The translations under genes were made by a program, and so were the position numbers. This document shows positions 34,319 to 45,572 of a DNA stretch of 64,000 bases, piece by piece. Position 1 is the stretch's first letter; every line of letters begins with the position of its first letter. The notes below the pieces were generated by a model. The model was given only the letters and a program-made list of their open reading frames with translations. It was not told the DNA's origin and made no database searches. The DNA is from Escherichia coli (lineage in GTDB: Bacteria > Pseudomonadota > Gammaproteobacteria > Enterobacterales > Enterobacteriaceae). The stretch lies in assembly GCF_003790525.1 (NCBI RefSeq), contig NZ_CP033635.1; one strand, given 5' to 3'.

Positions 34319-34981
34319 ATGAAAGACATAGATACACTCATCAGCAACAATGCACTATGGTCAAAAATGCTGGTGGAAGAGGATCCCGGGTTTTTTGAGA
34401 AACTGGCACAAGCGCAAAAACCGCGCTTTCTATGGATTGGATGTTCCGACAGTCGCGTTCCTGCAGAACGTTTAACCGGTCTTGAGCCGGGCGAACTCTT
34501 TGTTCACCGTAATGTTGCTAACCTGGTCATTCACACCGACCTGAACTGCCTTTCCGTGGTTCAGTATGCAGTGGATGTACTCGAAGTTGAACACATTATT
34601 ATCTGTGGCCACTACGGTTGCGGCGGCGTACAAGCCGCAGTTGAAAACCCGGAACTGGGGCTTATCAACAACTGGCTGCTGCATATCCGCGATATCTGGT
34701 TCAAACATAGCTCATTGCTCGGCGAAATGCCGCAAGAGCGCCGTCTGGATACCTTGTGTGAACTGAACGTCATGGAACAGGTGTATAACCTGGGCCACTC
34801 CACTATTATGCAATCAGCGTGGAAACGCGGGCAGAAAGTCACCATTCACGGCTGGGCCTACGGCATTCACGACGGCTTGCTGCGTGATCTGGATGTCACA
34901 GCGACTAACCGCGAAACCCTTGAGCAACGTTACCGTCACGGGATCTCCAACCTCAAGCTGAAACACGCCAACCACAAATAA
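34319..34981 (+). CDS. can: Beta-class carbonic anhydrase
   Basis: 220-aa [29 protein letters not shown]...CSDSR...HYGCGG. Confidence 0.92.
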   Translation: MKDIDTLISNNALWSKMLVEEDPGFFEKLAQAQKPRFLWIGCSDSRVPAERLTGLEPGELFVHRNVANLVIHTDLNCLSVVQYAVDVLEVEHIIICGHYGCGGVQAAVENPELGLINNWLLHIRDIWFKHSSLLGEMPQERRLDTLCELNVMEQVYNLGHSTIMQSAWKRGQKVTIHGWAYGIHDGLLRDLDVTATNRETLEQRYRHGISNLKLKHANHK

Positions 34982-34990
34982 AAATGCCAT

Positions 34991-35011
34991 GCCGGATGCA
35001 ACACATCCGGC
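34991..35011. terminator. Hairpin between convergent can and hpt
   Basis: gccggatg-caaca-catccggc. Confidence 0.5.
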
Positions 35012-35021
35012 AACTTCACAC

Positions 35022-35558
35022 TTACTCGTCCAGCAGAATCACTTTGCCGATATACGGCAGATGACGGTAACGCTGTGCGTAATCAATGCCGTAACCCACC
35101 ACAAACTCATCCGGGATCGAGAAACCGATAAATTCTACCGGGACGTTCACTTCACGACGGGACGGTTTATCCAGCAGCGTACAAATCGCCAGCGACTTCG
35201 GTTCGCGCAGGCTTAAGATCTCACGCACTTTCCACAGTGTATTACCCGAATCGATGATATCTTCAACAATCAGCACGTCCTTGCCACGGATATCTTCATC
35301 CAGATCTTTGAGGATTTTCACATCACGGGTGGTGGACATGCCGCTACCGTAGCTGGAGGCGGTCATAAAATCGACTTCATGAGATACCTGAACTTCACGG
35401 CACAGGTCCGCCATAAACATAAATGAGCCACGCAGCAGACCCACCAGCACCATATCGCTGCCGCTGTCTTTGTAACGCTCAGTAATCTGACGACCCAGTT
35501 CGGCGATACGCGCTTTAATCTCCGCTTCGGGGATCATTACTTCTACAGTATGTTTCAT
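35022..35558 (-). CDS. hpt: Hypoxanthine phosphoribosyltransferase
   Basis: [28 protein letters not shown]... with PRPP-binding [13 protein letters not shown]; 178 aa from the chosen Met. Confidence 0.9.
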   Translation of the reverse strand: MKHTVEVMIPEAEIKARIAELGRQITERYKDSGSDMVLVGLLRGSFMFMADLCREVQVSHEVDFMTASSYGSGMSTTRDVKILKDLDEDIRGKDVLIVEDIIDSGNTLWKVREILSLREPKSLAICTLLDKPSRREVNVPVEFIGFSIPDEFVVGYGIDYAQRYRHLPYIGKVILLDE

Positions 35559-35763
35559 ATCTCTAACCATATGATTTAAAAACAAATCACTTCGCACGGG
35601 CAGGTTTTGGCACCGCAACAAAGCGCAAGACACGCAGTATACCAGTAAAACTATTCATTCGCGGAATCTGTTAATAAAGCTCGAATTGTGATGACGATCA
35701 CACATGTTAAAACCTATAATTAATTGCTACTAAAATATTAATGAATTGAAATGGTGTCTCTTT

Positions 35764-38154
35764 ATGGCAATTAACAATACAGGCTCGCGACGATTACTCG
35801 TCACGCTAACAGCCCTTTTTGCAGCGCTTTGCGGGCTGTATCTACTCATTGGCGGAGGCTGGCTGGTCGCGATTGGCGGCTCCTGGTACTACCCTATCGC
35901 TGGCCTTGTGATGCTCGGCGTCGCCTGGATGCTGTGGCGCAGTAAACGCGCCGCGCTTTGGCTGTACGCCGCCCTGCTGCTCGGCACCATGATTTGGGGC
36001 GTCTGGGAAGTTGGTTTCGACTTCTGGGCGCTGACTCCGCGCAGCGACATTCTGGTCTTCTTCGGCATCTGGCTGATCCTGCCGTTTGTCTGGCGTCGCC
36101 TGGTCATTCCTGCCAGCGGCGCAGTTGCCGCACTGGTGGTGGCATTGCTGATTAGTGGCGGAATCCTCACCTGGGCGGGATTTAACGATCCGCAGGAAAT
36201 CAACGGCACCTTAAGCGCCGATGCCACACCTGCCGAAGCTATCTCACCGGTTGCCGATCAGGACTGGCCTGCGTATGGTCGCAATCAGGAAGGTCAACGC
36301 TTTTCACCACTGAAGCAAATTAACGCCGATAACGTTCACAACCTGAAAGAAGCCTGGGTGTTCCGTACAGGCGATGTGAAACAGCCGAACGATCCGGGCG
36401 AAATCACCAATGAAGTGACGCCGATTAAAGTGGGCGATACGCTTTACTTATGTACCGCTCACCAGCGCCTGTTTGCGCTCGATGCCGCCAGCGGCAAAGA
36501 GAAATGGCATTACGATCCTGAACTGAAAACCAACGAGTCCTTCCAGCACGTAACCTGTCGTGGCGTCTCTTATCATGAAGCCAAAGCAGAAACGGCCTCG
36601 CCAGAAGTGATGGCGGATTGCCCGCGTCGTATCATTCTTCCGGTCAATGATGGTCGCCTGATTGCGATTAACGCTGAAAACGGCAAGCTGTGCGAAACCT
36701 TCGCTAATAAAGGCGTGCTCAATCTGCAAAGCAATATGCCGGACACCAAACCGGGTCTGTATGAGCCGACTTCGCCGCCAATTATCACCGATAAAACCAT
36801 CGTGATGGCCGGTTCAGTCACCGATAACTTCTCAACCCGCGAAACGTCTGGCGTGATCCGTGGTTTTGATGTCAACACCGGGGAGCTGCTGTGGGCTTTT
36901 GATCCGGGCGCGAAAGATCCGAACGCAATCCCATCTGACGAACACACCTTTACCTTTAACTCACCAAACTCGTGGGCACCAGCGGCCTATGACGCGAAGC
37001 TGGATCTGGTGTATCTGCCGATGGGCGTGACCACGCCGGATATCTGGGGCGGTAACCGTACACCGGAACAGGAACGTTATGCCAGCTCGATTCTGGCGCT
37101 GAATGCCACTACCGGGAAACTGGCGTGGAGCTACCAGACCGTTCACCACGACCTGTGGGATATGGATCTTCCGGCACAGCCGACGCTGGCGGACATCACC
37201 GTTAATGGTCAGAAAGTGCCAGTCATTTATGCTCCGGCGAAAACCGGCAACATTTTTGTGCTCGATCGTCGTAATGGCGAACTGGTGGTTCCGGCACCGG
37301 AAAAACCGGTTCCCCAAGGTGCTGCCAAAGGCGATTACGTAACCCCAACTCAACCGTTTTCTGAACTGAGCTTCCGTCCGACGAAAGATTTGAGCGGTGC
37401 GGATATGTGGGGAGCCACCATGTTTGACCAGCTGGTGTGCCGCGTGATGTTCCACCAGATGCGCTATGAAGGCATTTTCACCCCGCCATCTGAACAGGGT
37501 ACGCTGGTCTTCCCGGGTAACCTGGGGATGTTCGAATGGGGCGGGATTTCCGTTGATCCGAATCGTGAAGTGGCGATTGCCAACCCAATGGCACTGCCGT
37601 TTGTTTCGAAACTGATCCCACGCGGTCCTGGTAACCCGATGGAACAGCCGAAAGATGCCAAAGGCACGGGTACGGAATCCGGCATTCAGCCACAGTACGG
37701 TGTACCGTATGGTGTCACGCTCAACCCGTTCCTCTCACCGTTTGGTCTGCCATGTAAACAGCCAGCATGGGGCTATATCTCGGCATTGGATCTGAAAACC
37801 AATGAAGTGGTGTGGAAGAAACGTATTGGTACGCCGCAGGACAGTATGCCATTCCCGATGCCTGTACCGGTGCCGTTCAATATGGGTATGCCGATGCTGG
37901 GCGGGCCAATCTCCACAGCGGGTAACGTACTGTTTATCGCCGCTACGGCAGATAACTACCTGCGCGCTTACAACATGAGCAACGGTGAAAAACTGTGGCA
38001 GGGCCGTTTACCAGCGGGTGGTCAGGCTACGCCAATGACCTATGAAGTGAATGGCAAGCAGTATGTGGTGATCTCCGCAGGCGGTCACGGTTCATTTGGT
38101 ACGAAGATGGGCGACTATATTGTGGCTTATGCGCTGCCGGATGATGTGAAGTAA
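35764..38154 (+). CDS. gcd: PQQ-dependent membrane glucose dehydrogenase
   Basis: ORF MAINNTGSRRLLVTLTALFAALCGLYLL...; 796 aa from the chosen Met. Confidence 0.9.
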   Translation: MAINNTGSRRLLVTLTALFAALCGLYLLIGGGWLVAIGGSWYYPIAGLVMLGVAWMLWRSKRAALWLYAALLLGTMIWGVWEVGFDFWALTPRSDILVFFGIWLILPFVWRRLVIPASGAVAALVVALLISGGILTWAGFNDPQEINGTLSADATPAEAISPVADQDWPAYGRNQEGQRFSPLKQINADNVHNLKEAWVFRTGDVKQPNDPGEITNEVTPIKVGDTLYLCTAHQRLFALDAASGKEKWHYDPELKTNESFQHVTCRGVSYHEAKAETASPEVMADCPRRIILPVNDGRLIAINAENGKLCETFANKGVLNLQSNMPDTKPGLYEPTSPPIITDKTIVMAGSVTDNFSTRETSGVIRGFDVNTGELLWAFDPGAKDPNAIPSDEHTFTFNSPNSWAPAAYDAKLDLVYLPMGVTTPDIWGGNRTPEQERYASSILALNATTGKLAWSYQTVHHDLWDMDLPAQPTLADITVNGQKVPVIYAPAKTGNIFVLDRRNGELVVPAPEKPVPQGAAKGDYVTPTQPFSELSFRPTKDLSGADMWGATMFDQLVCRVMFHQMRYEGIFTPPSEQGTLVFPGNLGMFEWGGISVDPNREVAIANPMALPFVSKLIPRGPGNPMEQPKDAKGTGTESGIQPQYGVPYGVTLNPFLSPFGLPCKQPAWGYISALDLKTNEVVWKKRIGTPQDSMPFPMPVPVPFNMGMPMLGGPISTAGNVLFIAATADNYLRAYNMSNGEKLWQGRLPAGGQATPMTYEVNGKQYVVISAGGHGSFGTKMGDYIVAYALPDDVK

Positions 38155-38159
38155 CCATA

Positions 38160-38181
38160 ATGCCCGGAGAGATCCGGGCAT
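38160..38181. terminator. Hairpin between convergent gcd and cueO
   Basis: atgcccgg-agagat-ccgggcat. Confidence 0.5.
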
Positions 38182-38200
38182 ATTTCCGAATACGGTCTTT

Positions 38201-39751
38201 TTATACCGTAAACCCTAACATCATCCCCGTATCTTCATGCTCCAGCAGATGGCAGTGCGCCATATAAGCATGTTCTTTCGGTGCATCGTGATTAAACTTC
38301 ACCAGCACTTCGCTGACATTACCTTCTACCTTAACGGTATCTTTCCAGCCTGCGCGATGAGTCGCTGGCGGTTTGCCATTTTCTGACAAGATACGGAACT
38401 GCGTACCGTGGATATGGAACGGATGCAGCATCATGTCGCCCACGCCAGAGATAACCCAACGTTCGTATTGCCCTTTCGCCGCCGCAAACATCGGCTTGTT
38501 CATATCAAACGCCTGACCGTTGATTTTATTGGCATGGTGGAAATCGAACTTCCCGCCGTGGTTCATATGATTCATATTGCCGTGCCCCATATGGCCCATC
38601 ATCTGGCTGTGATCCATCCCGGCCATCGCCTGATCGCCATATTTCTCCATCAGCATCTGCATCCCCATCATATCGAGCATTGGGTCCATAGAAAGTTGCA
38701 GCTTGCGTACCGTCAGCCCTTCCAGCGAAGGTAACGCAGGCAGGCTACTTAATGTGTCTGGCAAAGCACCAGAGGCACTAATGGCAATCGGCTGAATCCG
38801 CATTACCGGATGCGGCTTGTCAAACGGCGCAATCGCCATCCCCATCTGGCTGACCGGCAGCGTCACCAGGTCAAAGGGTTTGTTGTCGTTAACTTCCACC
38901 AGCACTTCAAAACGCTCGCCCATCAGCACTGGCAGCTCGTTCACCTTCACCGGTTCAGGTAGCAGACCACCGTCGCTGGCAATCACATACAGCGGGCGAT
39001 TGTCGCTGGTGGCGAAATTAAGCGAGCGGGCATTACAGCCATTGAGCAAACGCAGGCGAAGCCAGCCACGCGGGGCAGCGTGTTGCGGGTAGATAGCGCC
39101 GTTGGTCAGCAACGTATCACCAAACCAGCCCACGGCGGCGGTCATCACATCCAGTTGATAATCAATCTGCCCGTCAGCGTTAAATTTTTTATCCTGAACA
39201 ATCACCGGGACATCATCAATACCCCACTGTTTTGGCAGCATTAATTTCAGGATCTCGTCATCTTCAATTACCACCAGCCCAGCCAGCCCCATCGCCACCT
39301 GTCGCCCGGTCTTGCCATGTTGATGTGGATGGAACCAGCAGGTAGCGGCAGGTTGATCAACGTTCAACGTCACCGAGCGCTTGCCACCTGGCGGAATAAT
39401 TCCCTGCGGGCCGCCGTCGACTTCACCCGGTACTTCCAGCCCGTGCCAGTGCAGCGTCGTCTCTTCCGTCAGTTGGTTGTAGATATCAACCGTTACCGCT
39501 TTGCCGCGCTGTAATTTCACCGCCGGCCCCAGCAGATTGCCGTTATAGCCCCAGGTAGTTGCGGTTTTCCCGCCAAAGGTGGACTGACCTGCGCCAATAG
39601 TTAACTGAATGCGATTACGGGCATCGGTCGTGAGCAAATCAGGGATCGGTAACGTTGGGCGTTCTGCCGCAAATACTGCGCGGCTCCACAGCGGCAAAGC
39701 CGAAGCCACACCCAGCGCGACGGAATATTTTAAGAAATCACGACGTTGCAT
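38201..39751 (-). CDS. cueO: Multicopper oxidase CueO (Tat-exported)
   Basis: [31 protein letters not shown] (twin-arginine signal), Met-rich region, copper-site [13 protein letters not shown]; 516 aa. Confidence 0.9.
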   Translation of the reverse strand: MQRRDFLKYSVALGVASALPLWSRAVFAAERPTLPIPDLLTTDARNRIQLTIGAGQSTFGGKTATTWGYNGNLLGPAVKLQRGKAVTVDIYNQLTEETTLHWHGLEVPGEVDGGPQGIIPPGGKRSVTLNVDQPAATCWFHPHQHGKTGRQVAMGLAGLVVIEDDEILKLMLPKQWGIDDVPVIVQDKKFNADGQIDYQLDVMTAAVGWFGDTLLTNGAIYPQHAAPRGWLRLRLLNGCNARSLNFATSDNRPLYVIASDGGLLPEPVKVNELPVLMGERFEVLVEVNDNKPFDLVTLPVSQMGMAIAPFDKPHPVMRIQPIAISASGALPDTLSSLPALPSLEGLTVRKLQLSMDPMLDMMGMQMLMEKYGDQAMAGMDHSQMMGHMGHGNMNHMNHGGKFDFHHANKINGQAFDMNKPMFAAAKGQYERWVISGVGDMMLHPFHIHGTQFRILSENGKPPATHRAGWKDTVKVEGNVSEVLVKFNHDAPKEHAYMAHCHLLEHEDTGMMLGFTV

Positions 39752-39916
39752 AGTTATTTCCTTATTCTTAAGCAGGCGAAACAAAATCAAACGTTGAGCA
39801 TAGTCCTTCCCCTTACGGGAAGGTCAAGCCGCAGACACAATTTAATCGACAATAATGGTCGTCGCCTCGCTCGCAGTGTGCTAACGTTTATCTTCTTTAA
39901 GCCCCTGGTAGAAGCA

Positions 39917-40264
39917 ATGAAGACGTTTTTCAGAACAGTGTTATTCGGCAGCCTGATGGCCGTTTGCGCAAACAGTTACGCGCTCAGCGAGTCTGAAGCC
40001 GAAGATATGGCCGATTTAACGGCAGTTTTTGTCTTTCTGAAGAACGATTGTGGTTACCAGAACTTACCTAACGGGCAAATTCGTCGCGCACTGGTCTTTT
40101 TCGCCCAGCAAAACCAGTGGGATCTCAGTAATTACGACACCTTCGACATGAAAGCCCTCGGTGAAGACAGCTACCGCGATCTCAGCGGCATTGGCATTCC
40201 CGTCGCTAAAAAATGCAAAGCCCTGGCCCGCGATTCCTTAAGCCTGCTTGCCTACGTCAAATAA
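39917..40264 (+). CDS. yacC: Secreted protein YacC
   Basis: 115-aa ORF with signal peptide MKTFFRTVLFGSLMAVCANSYA. Confidence 0.8.
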   Translation: MKTFFRTVLFGSLMAVCANSYALSESEAEDMADLTAVFVFLKNDCGYQNLPNGQIRRALVFFAQQNQWDLSNYDTFDMKALGEDSYRDLSGIGIPVAKKCKALARDSLSLLAYVK

Positions 40265-40369
40265 TCCCTGATACCTTTTTGTAGAAATATTGACCGTGCA
40301 TCCGCGGTCAATGTTAGCTATTATGTTGCGCCCTTTTTTTACGGGTGTTAACAAAGGAGGTATCAACCC

Positions 40370-41236
40370 ATGGCCGAAAAAAAACAGTGGCATGAAACGC
40401 TACACGACCAGTTTGGGCAGTACTTTGCGGTAGATAACGTTCTGTATCATGAAAAGACCGATCACCAGGATCTGATCATTTTTGAGAACGCTGCATTTGG
40501 TCGCGTAATGGCGCTGGATGGCGTAGTACAAACCACCGAGCGCGACGAGTTTATCTATCATGAGATGATGACCCATGTTCCGCTACTGGCCCACGGTCAC
40601 GCGAAACATGTGCTGATTATCGGCGGCGGCGACGGTGCCATGCTGCGTGAAGTAACCCGACATAAAAACGTTGAGTCAATCACGATGGTGGAAATCGATG
40701 CGGGTGTCGTATCGTTCTGCCGTCAGTATCTGCCCAACCATAACGCCGGTAGCTACGACGATCCGCGCTTTAAACTGGTGATCGACGATGGCGTCAATTT
40801 CGTGAATCAAACCAGCCAGACCTTTGATGTCATTATCTCCGACTGCACCGATCCTATCGGTCCCGGCGAAAGTCTGTTCACCTCAGCATTTTATGAAGGC
40901 TGCAAACGTTGCCTGAATCCAGGCGGTATTTTCGTCGCACAAAACGGCGTCTGCTTTTTACAGCAGGAAGAAGCCATCGACAGCCATCGCAAACTCAGCC
41001 ATTACTTCAGCGACGTTGGCTTTTATCAGGCGGCGATCCCGACCTATTACGGCGGCATCATGACCTTTGCATGGGCGACAGATAACGATGCCTTACGCCA
41101 TCTCTCAACCGAAATTATTCAGGCGCGTTTTCTCGCTTCTGGCCTGAAATGCCGTTATTACAATCCGGCAATCCATACGGCAGCTTTTGCCTTACCTCAG
41201 TATCTGCAAGACGCACTGGCTTCACAGCCGTCCTAA
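40370..41236 (+). CDS. speE: Spermidine synthase
   Basis: 288-aa [43 protein letters not shown]. Confidence 0.95.
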   Translation: MAEKKQWHETLHDQFGQYFAVDNVLYHEKTDHQDLIIFENAAFGRVMALDGVVQTTERDEFIYHEMMTHVPLLAHGHAKHVLIIGGGDGAMLREVTRHKNVESITMVEIDAGVVSFCRQYLPNHNAGSYDDPRFKLVIDDGVNFVNQTSQTFDVIISDCTDPIGPGESLFTSAFYEGCKRCLNPGGIFVAQNGVCFLQQEEAIDSHRKLSHYFSDVGFYQAAIPTYYGGIMTFAWATDNDALRHLSTEIIQARFLASGLKCRYYNPAIHTAAFALPQYLQDALASQPS

Positions 41237-41251
41237 GGAGAAGATAAGAAA

Positions 41252-42046
41252 TTGAAAAAACTGAAACTGCATGGCTTTAATAATCTGACCAAAAGTCTGA
41301 GTTTTTGTATTTACGATATCTGCTACGCCAAAACTGCCGAAGAACGCGACGGTTATATTGCTTATATCGATGAACTCTATAATGCCAACCGTCTGACCGA
41401 AATCCTGTCAGAAACCTGTTCCATTATCGGGGCCAATATTCTTAACATCGCCCGCCAGGATTACGAACCACAGGGTGCCAGCGTCACTATTCTGGTGAGT
41501 GAAGAACCGGTTGACCCGAAACTTATCGACAAAACAGAACACCCCGGCCCACTGCCAGAAACGGTCGTTGCCCATCTCGATAAAAGTCATATTTGCGTAC
41601 ATACCTACCCGGAAAGTCATCCTGAAGGCGGTTTATGTACCTTCCGCGCCGATATTGAAGTCTCCACCTGCGGCGTGATTTCCCCGCTGAAGGCGCTGAA
41701 TTACCTGATCCACCAGCTTGAGTCCGATATCGTAACCATTGATTATCGCGTGCGCGGTTTTACCCGCGACATTAACGGTATGAAGCACTTTATCGACCAT
41801 GAGATTAATTCGATTCAGAACTTTATGTCTGACGATATGAAGGCGCTGTATGACATGGTGGATGTGAACGTCTATCAGGAGAATATCTTCCATACCAAGA
41901 TGTTGCTTAAAGAGTTCGACCTTAAGCACTACATGTTCCACACCAAACCGGAAGATTTAACCGACAGCGAGCGCCAGGAAATTACCGCTGCGCTGTGGAA
42001 AGAAATGCGCGAGATTTATTACGGGCGCAATATGCCCGCTGTTTAA
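41252..42046 (+). CDS. speD: S-adenosylmethionine decarboxylase proenzyme
   Basis: 264-aa ORF (TTG start) [17 protein letters not shown]... Confidence 0.9.
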
Positions 42047-42083
42047 CGTCTCAGGCGGAGCACGGAGGCTCCGCCTGATTTAC

Positions 42084-42446
42084 TTACTTCTGCTGGACGA
42101 AATTACGGTAAGCCGCCACCACCTGAAGAAAATCCTCAACGCCGCATAGCGACAAGCTCTCTTCATCGTAGTAGTTCATCCCCTCTTCCATTTCATCGCC
42201 AGCGAATTCCAGTTGATTGGCGCGAACCATCACTTCTTCGCCGTCCATCCACAGGGTGTATTCATGCCCTGCCCGCTGCCAGGAACGTTCGCTGCCTTTG
42301 AGCGTGCGCGCTGCGTCTTCCACTTCATCAAGCAAGGCCAGGTTTTCTTTCACCTCTTCATTAAACCAGTGCCCGATGACTTCATGCCCCATGGACATGC
42401 GCACCTTTACCACTCCGGTTACATCACGCAGAAATTCGTAATCCAT
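42084..42446 (-). CDS. yacL: UPF0231 protein YacL
   Basis: [34 protein letters not shown]...; 120 aa from the chosen Met. Confidence 0.85.
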   Translation of the reverse strand: MDYEFLRDVTGVVKVRMSMGHEVIGHWFNEEVKENLALLDEVEDAARTLKGSERSWQRAGHEYTLWMDGEEVMVRANQLEFAGDEMEEGMNYYDEESLSLCGVEDFLQVVAAYRNFVQQK

Positions 42447-42558
42447 AGTGTGTTCCTCTGCTCCCGGCAATGCGCCGAAATCGCATTGCGCCATTGATGT
42501 AATTATCGCAGCCTTACCGGAGAAAAACAGCGGAACGGCGATGGTTTAGAAATAAAAA

Positions 42559-42586
42559 ATGCCCGGGAATCTCATTCACCGGGCAT
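42559..42586 (-). terminator. Intrinsic terminator after acnB
   Basis: atgcccgg / ccgggcat 8-bp stem with 12-nt loop, followed on the minus strand by a T-run (plus-strand aaaaa at 42554-42558). Confidence 0.6.
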
Positions 42587-42620
42587 TGTGTCGTTTATGC
42601 GCAGCGCGTGCGCTTACTTA

Positions 42621-45218
42621 TTAAACCGCAGTCTGGAAAATCACCCCATCGGCTTTTTCGGTGTACTGAGAAAGCTGGTTGAAGTTCAGATAACGGTAAG
42701 TATCAACGGCGGTTTTATCTACTTGCGCCACGTAGGTCTGGTACTCTTCCGGCGTCGGCAGTTTGCCAATCAGCGCCGCAACAGCAGCCAGTTCAGCAGA
42801 AGCCAGGAAGACATTCGCGCCAGTACCTAAACGGTTCGGGAAGTTACGGGTAGAGGTGGAAACCACCGTCGCACCGTCTGCTACACGCGCCTGGTTACCC
42901 ATACACAGGGAACAGCCAGGGATCTCGATACGAGCACCACTCTTACCGAAGACGCTGTAGTAGCCTTCTTCGGTCAGTTGCGCGGCGTCCATACGCGTTG
43001 GCGGTGCCACCCACAGGCGGGTCGGCAGTTGACCTTTGTGCGCATCCAGCAGTTTACCAGCAGCACGGAAGTGACCGATGTTAGTCATGCAAGATCCGAT
43101 AAATACTTCGTCGATCTTCTCGCCCTGTACCGCAGACAGCGGACGTGCGTCGTCCGGGTCATTCGGTGCACAGAGGATTGGCTCTTTGATATCCGCCAGA
43201 TCGATGTCGATCACTGCCGCGTATTCCGCATCTGCATCGGCTTCCAGCAGCTCAGGATTCGCCAGCCATTTTTCCATGCCCTGAATACGGCGTTCCAGGG
43301 TACGACGATCGCCGTAACCTTCCGCGATCATCCACTTCAGCAGGACGATGTTAGAGTTCAGGTATTCGATGATCGGTTCTTTGTTCAGCTTGATAGTACA
43401 ACCAGCGGCAGAACGCTCAGCGGACGCATCGGTCAGCTCAAAGGCCTGCTCAACTTTCAGATCCGGCAGACCTTCAATTTCCAGAATGCGACCAGAGAAG
43501 ATGTTTTTCTTGCCTTTCTTCTCAACGGTCAGCAGACCTTGTTTGATTGCATACAGCGGAATGGCGTGAACCAGGTCGCGCAGGGTGATGCCCGGCTGCA
43601 TTTTGCCTTTGAAGCGCACCAGAACGGATTCCGGCATATCCAGCGGCATTACGCCTGTTGCGGCTGCAAATGCCACCAGACCAGAACCCGCCGGGAAAGA
43701 GATACCGATCGGGAAACGGGTATGGGAATCACCACCGGTACCGACGGTATCCGGCAGCAGCATACGGTTCAGCCAGGAGTGGATTACGCCGTCACCCGGA
43801 CGCAGCGACACACCGCCACGGTTCATAATGAAGTCCGGCAGCGTGTGGTGCGTATTCACGTCAACTGGCTTCGGATACGCCGCGGTGTGGCAGAAAGACT
43901 GCATCACCAGGTCAGCCGAGAAGCCCAGGCACGCCAGGTCTTTCAGTTCATCACGGGTCATCGGGCCAGTGGTGTCCTGAGAACCAACAGAAGTCATTTT
44001 CGGTTCGCAGTACGCGCCCGGACGAATGCCTTTCACACCGCAGGCACGACCGACCATTTTCTGCGCCAGCGAGAAGCCGCGATCGCTCTCAGCGACATCT
44101 TTCGCCTGACGGAACACATCGCTGTGCGGCAGACCAAGTGCTTCACGCGCTTTGGTGGTCAGGCCACGCCCGATAATCAGCGGAATACGACCACCGGCAC
44201 GCACTTCATCAATCAGCACGTCGGTTTTCAGTTCGAAGGTCGCCAGCAGTTCGCCGGTTTCGTGGTTACGCACTTCACCTTTGTACGGGTAAACGTCAAT
44301 TACGTCACCCATGTTCAGGTTAGAGACGTCCACTTCAATTGGCAGTGCACCCGCATCTTCCATCGTGTTAAAGAAGATGGGTGCAATTTTACCGCCGAGG
44401 CACAAACCACCGCCGCGTTTGTTCGGCACATGTGGAATATCATCGCCCATAAACCACAGAACGGAGTTCGTGGCGGATTTACGCGATGAACCCGTACCCA
44501 CAACGTCACCGACGTACGCCAGCGGGAAACCTTTCTGTTGCAGAGCTTCAATCTGTTTGATCGGACCAACAACACCAGGCTGATCTGGCTCAATACCTTC
44601 ACGGGCGTTTTTCAGCATCGCCAGCGCGTGCAGTGGGATATCCGGGCGTGACCACGCATCCGGTGCCGGAGAAAGGTCATCGGTGTTGGTTTCGCCTGTG
44701 ACTTTGAAGACGGTAACGGTCAGTTTTTCAGCCAGTGCCGGGCGATTCAGGAACCATTCGGCATCTGCCCAGGACTGCATTACCTGCTTCGCATATTCGT
44801 TACCTGCTTTGGCTTTCTCTTCTACGTCATAGAAGTTATCGAACATCAGCAGCGTGTGAGAAAGTGCTTTGGCAGCGATCGGTGCCAGTTTGGCATCATC
44901 CAGCGCATCGATCAGCGGATGAATGTTGTAACCACCCTGCATGGTGCCCAGCAGTTCGATGGCTTTTTCCGGAGTCAGCAGTGGGGATTTGGCTTCGCCT
45001 TTCGCGACAGCAGCCAGGAAGCCTGCTTTGACATAGGCGGCTTCATCGACGCCAGGGGGAACACGGTTGGTTAACAGATCTAACAGGAATTCTTCTTCGC
45101 CCGCGGGCGGGTTTTTCAGCAGCTCTACAAGTGCGGCCATTTGGTTTGCATCCAGGGGTTTGGGCGCAATCCCCTCAGCGGCACGCTCAGCTACGTGCTT
45201 ACGGTATTCTTCTAGCAC
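42621..45218 (-). CDS. acnB: Aconitate hydratase B
   Basis: 865-aa product; start assigned to GTG ([17 protein letters not shown]); the track ORF extends 51 codons upstream. Confidence 0.93.
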   Translation of the reverse strand: MLEEYRKHVAERAAEGIAPKPLDANQMAALVELLKNPPAGEEEFLLDLLTNRVPPGVDEAAYVKAGFLAAVAKGEAKSPLLTPEKAIELLGTMQGGYNIHPLIDALDDAKLAPIAAKALSHTLLMFDNFYDVEEKAKAGNEYAKQVMQSWADAEWFLNRPALAEKLTVTVFKVTGETNTDDLSPAPDAWSRPDIPLHALAMLKNAREGIEPDQPGVVGPIKQIEALQQKGFPLAYVGDVVGTGSSRKSATNSVLWFMGDDIPHVPNKRGGGLCLGGKIAPIFFNTMEDAGALPIEVDVSNLNMGDVIDVYPYKGEVRNHETGELLATFELKTDVLIDEVRAGGRIPLIIGRGLTTKAREALGLPHSDVFRQAKDVAESDRGFSLAQKMVGRACGVKGIRPGAYCEPKMTSVGSQDTTGPMTRDELKDLACLGFSADLVMQSFCHTAAYPKPVDVNTHHTLPDFIMNRGGVSLRPGDGVIHSWLNRMLLPDTVGTGGDSHTRFPIGISFPAGSGLVAFAAATGVMPLDMPESVLVRFKGKMQPGITLRDLVHAIPLYAIKQGLLTVEKKGKKNIFSGRILEIEGLPDLKVEQAFELTDASAERSAAGCTIKLNKEPIIEYLNSNIVLLKWMIAEGYGDRRTLERRIQGMEKWLANPELLEADADAEYAAVIDIDLADIKEPILCAPNDPDDARPLSAVQGEKIDEVFIGSCMTNIGHFRAAGKLLDAHKGQLPTRLWVAPPTRMDAAQLTEEGYYSVFGKSGARIEIPGCSLCMGNQARVADGATVVSTSTRNFPNRLGTGANVFLASAELAAVAALIGKLPTPEEYQTYVAQVDKTAVDTYRYLNFNQLSQYTEKADGVIFQTAV

Positions 45219-45572
45219 GACGGTTCTCCTCGCTCTCATTGTCATAGTGCGGCAGGCGATTCTCTTCACGCTCCTGTGAGACAGCAGTTTGTAGGGTAAA
45301 TGCCCAGTACCGCAACGGGCAGAATAGCAGGATTTTGACGATGTGTTAATCTGTTTACAAAAAAGCAACATAAAAAAGTGGCTGAATCGTTAAGGATAGT
45401 CTAGAGAATGTTTCCCTCCGTAAAAACTTCGTTAATTCGCATGGTGATAATCACCTTTCTCAACGAATCCCAAGATTAGTCAAAATTTAAACTACGGCCT
45501 CTTTATACTCGGATTCACAGCACCTGCGGGTGGCAGTTCGCCGACCATTGCGATTTCCTTGAGATCCGAATT

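Noticed and set aside
42978-44489. 503-aa plus-strand ORF, along with 51081-53354 (757 aa), 48988-50217 (409 aa), 47374-48231 (285 aa) and 49976-50668 (230 aa Ala/Ser-rich)
   Set aside because: All lie antisense to well-supported, highly conserved genes (acnB, aceE, aceF, lpd). Their products are low-complexity Arg/His- or Ala-rich strings typical of shadow ORFs on the opposite strand of GC-rich coding sequence.
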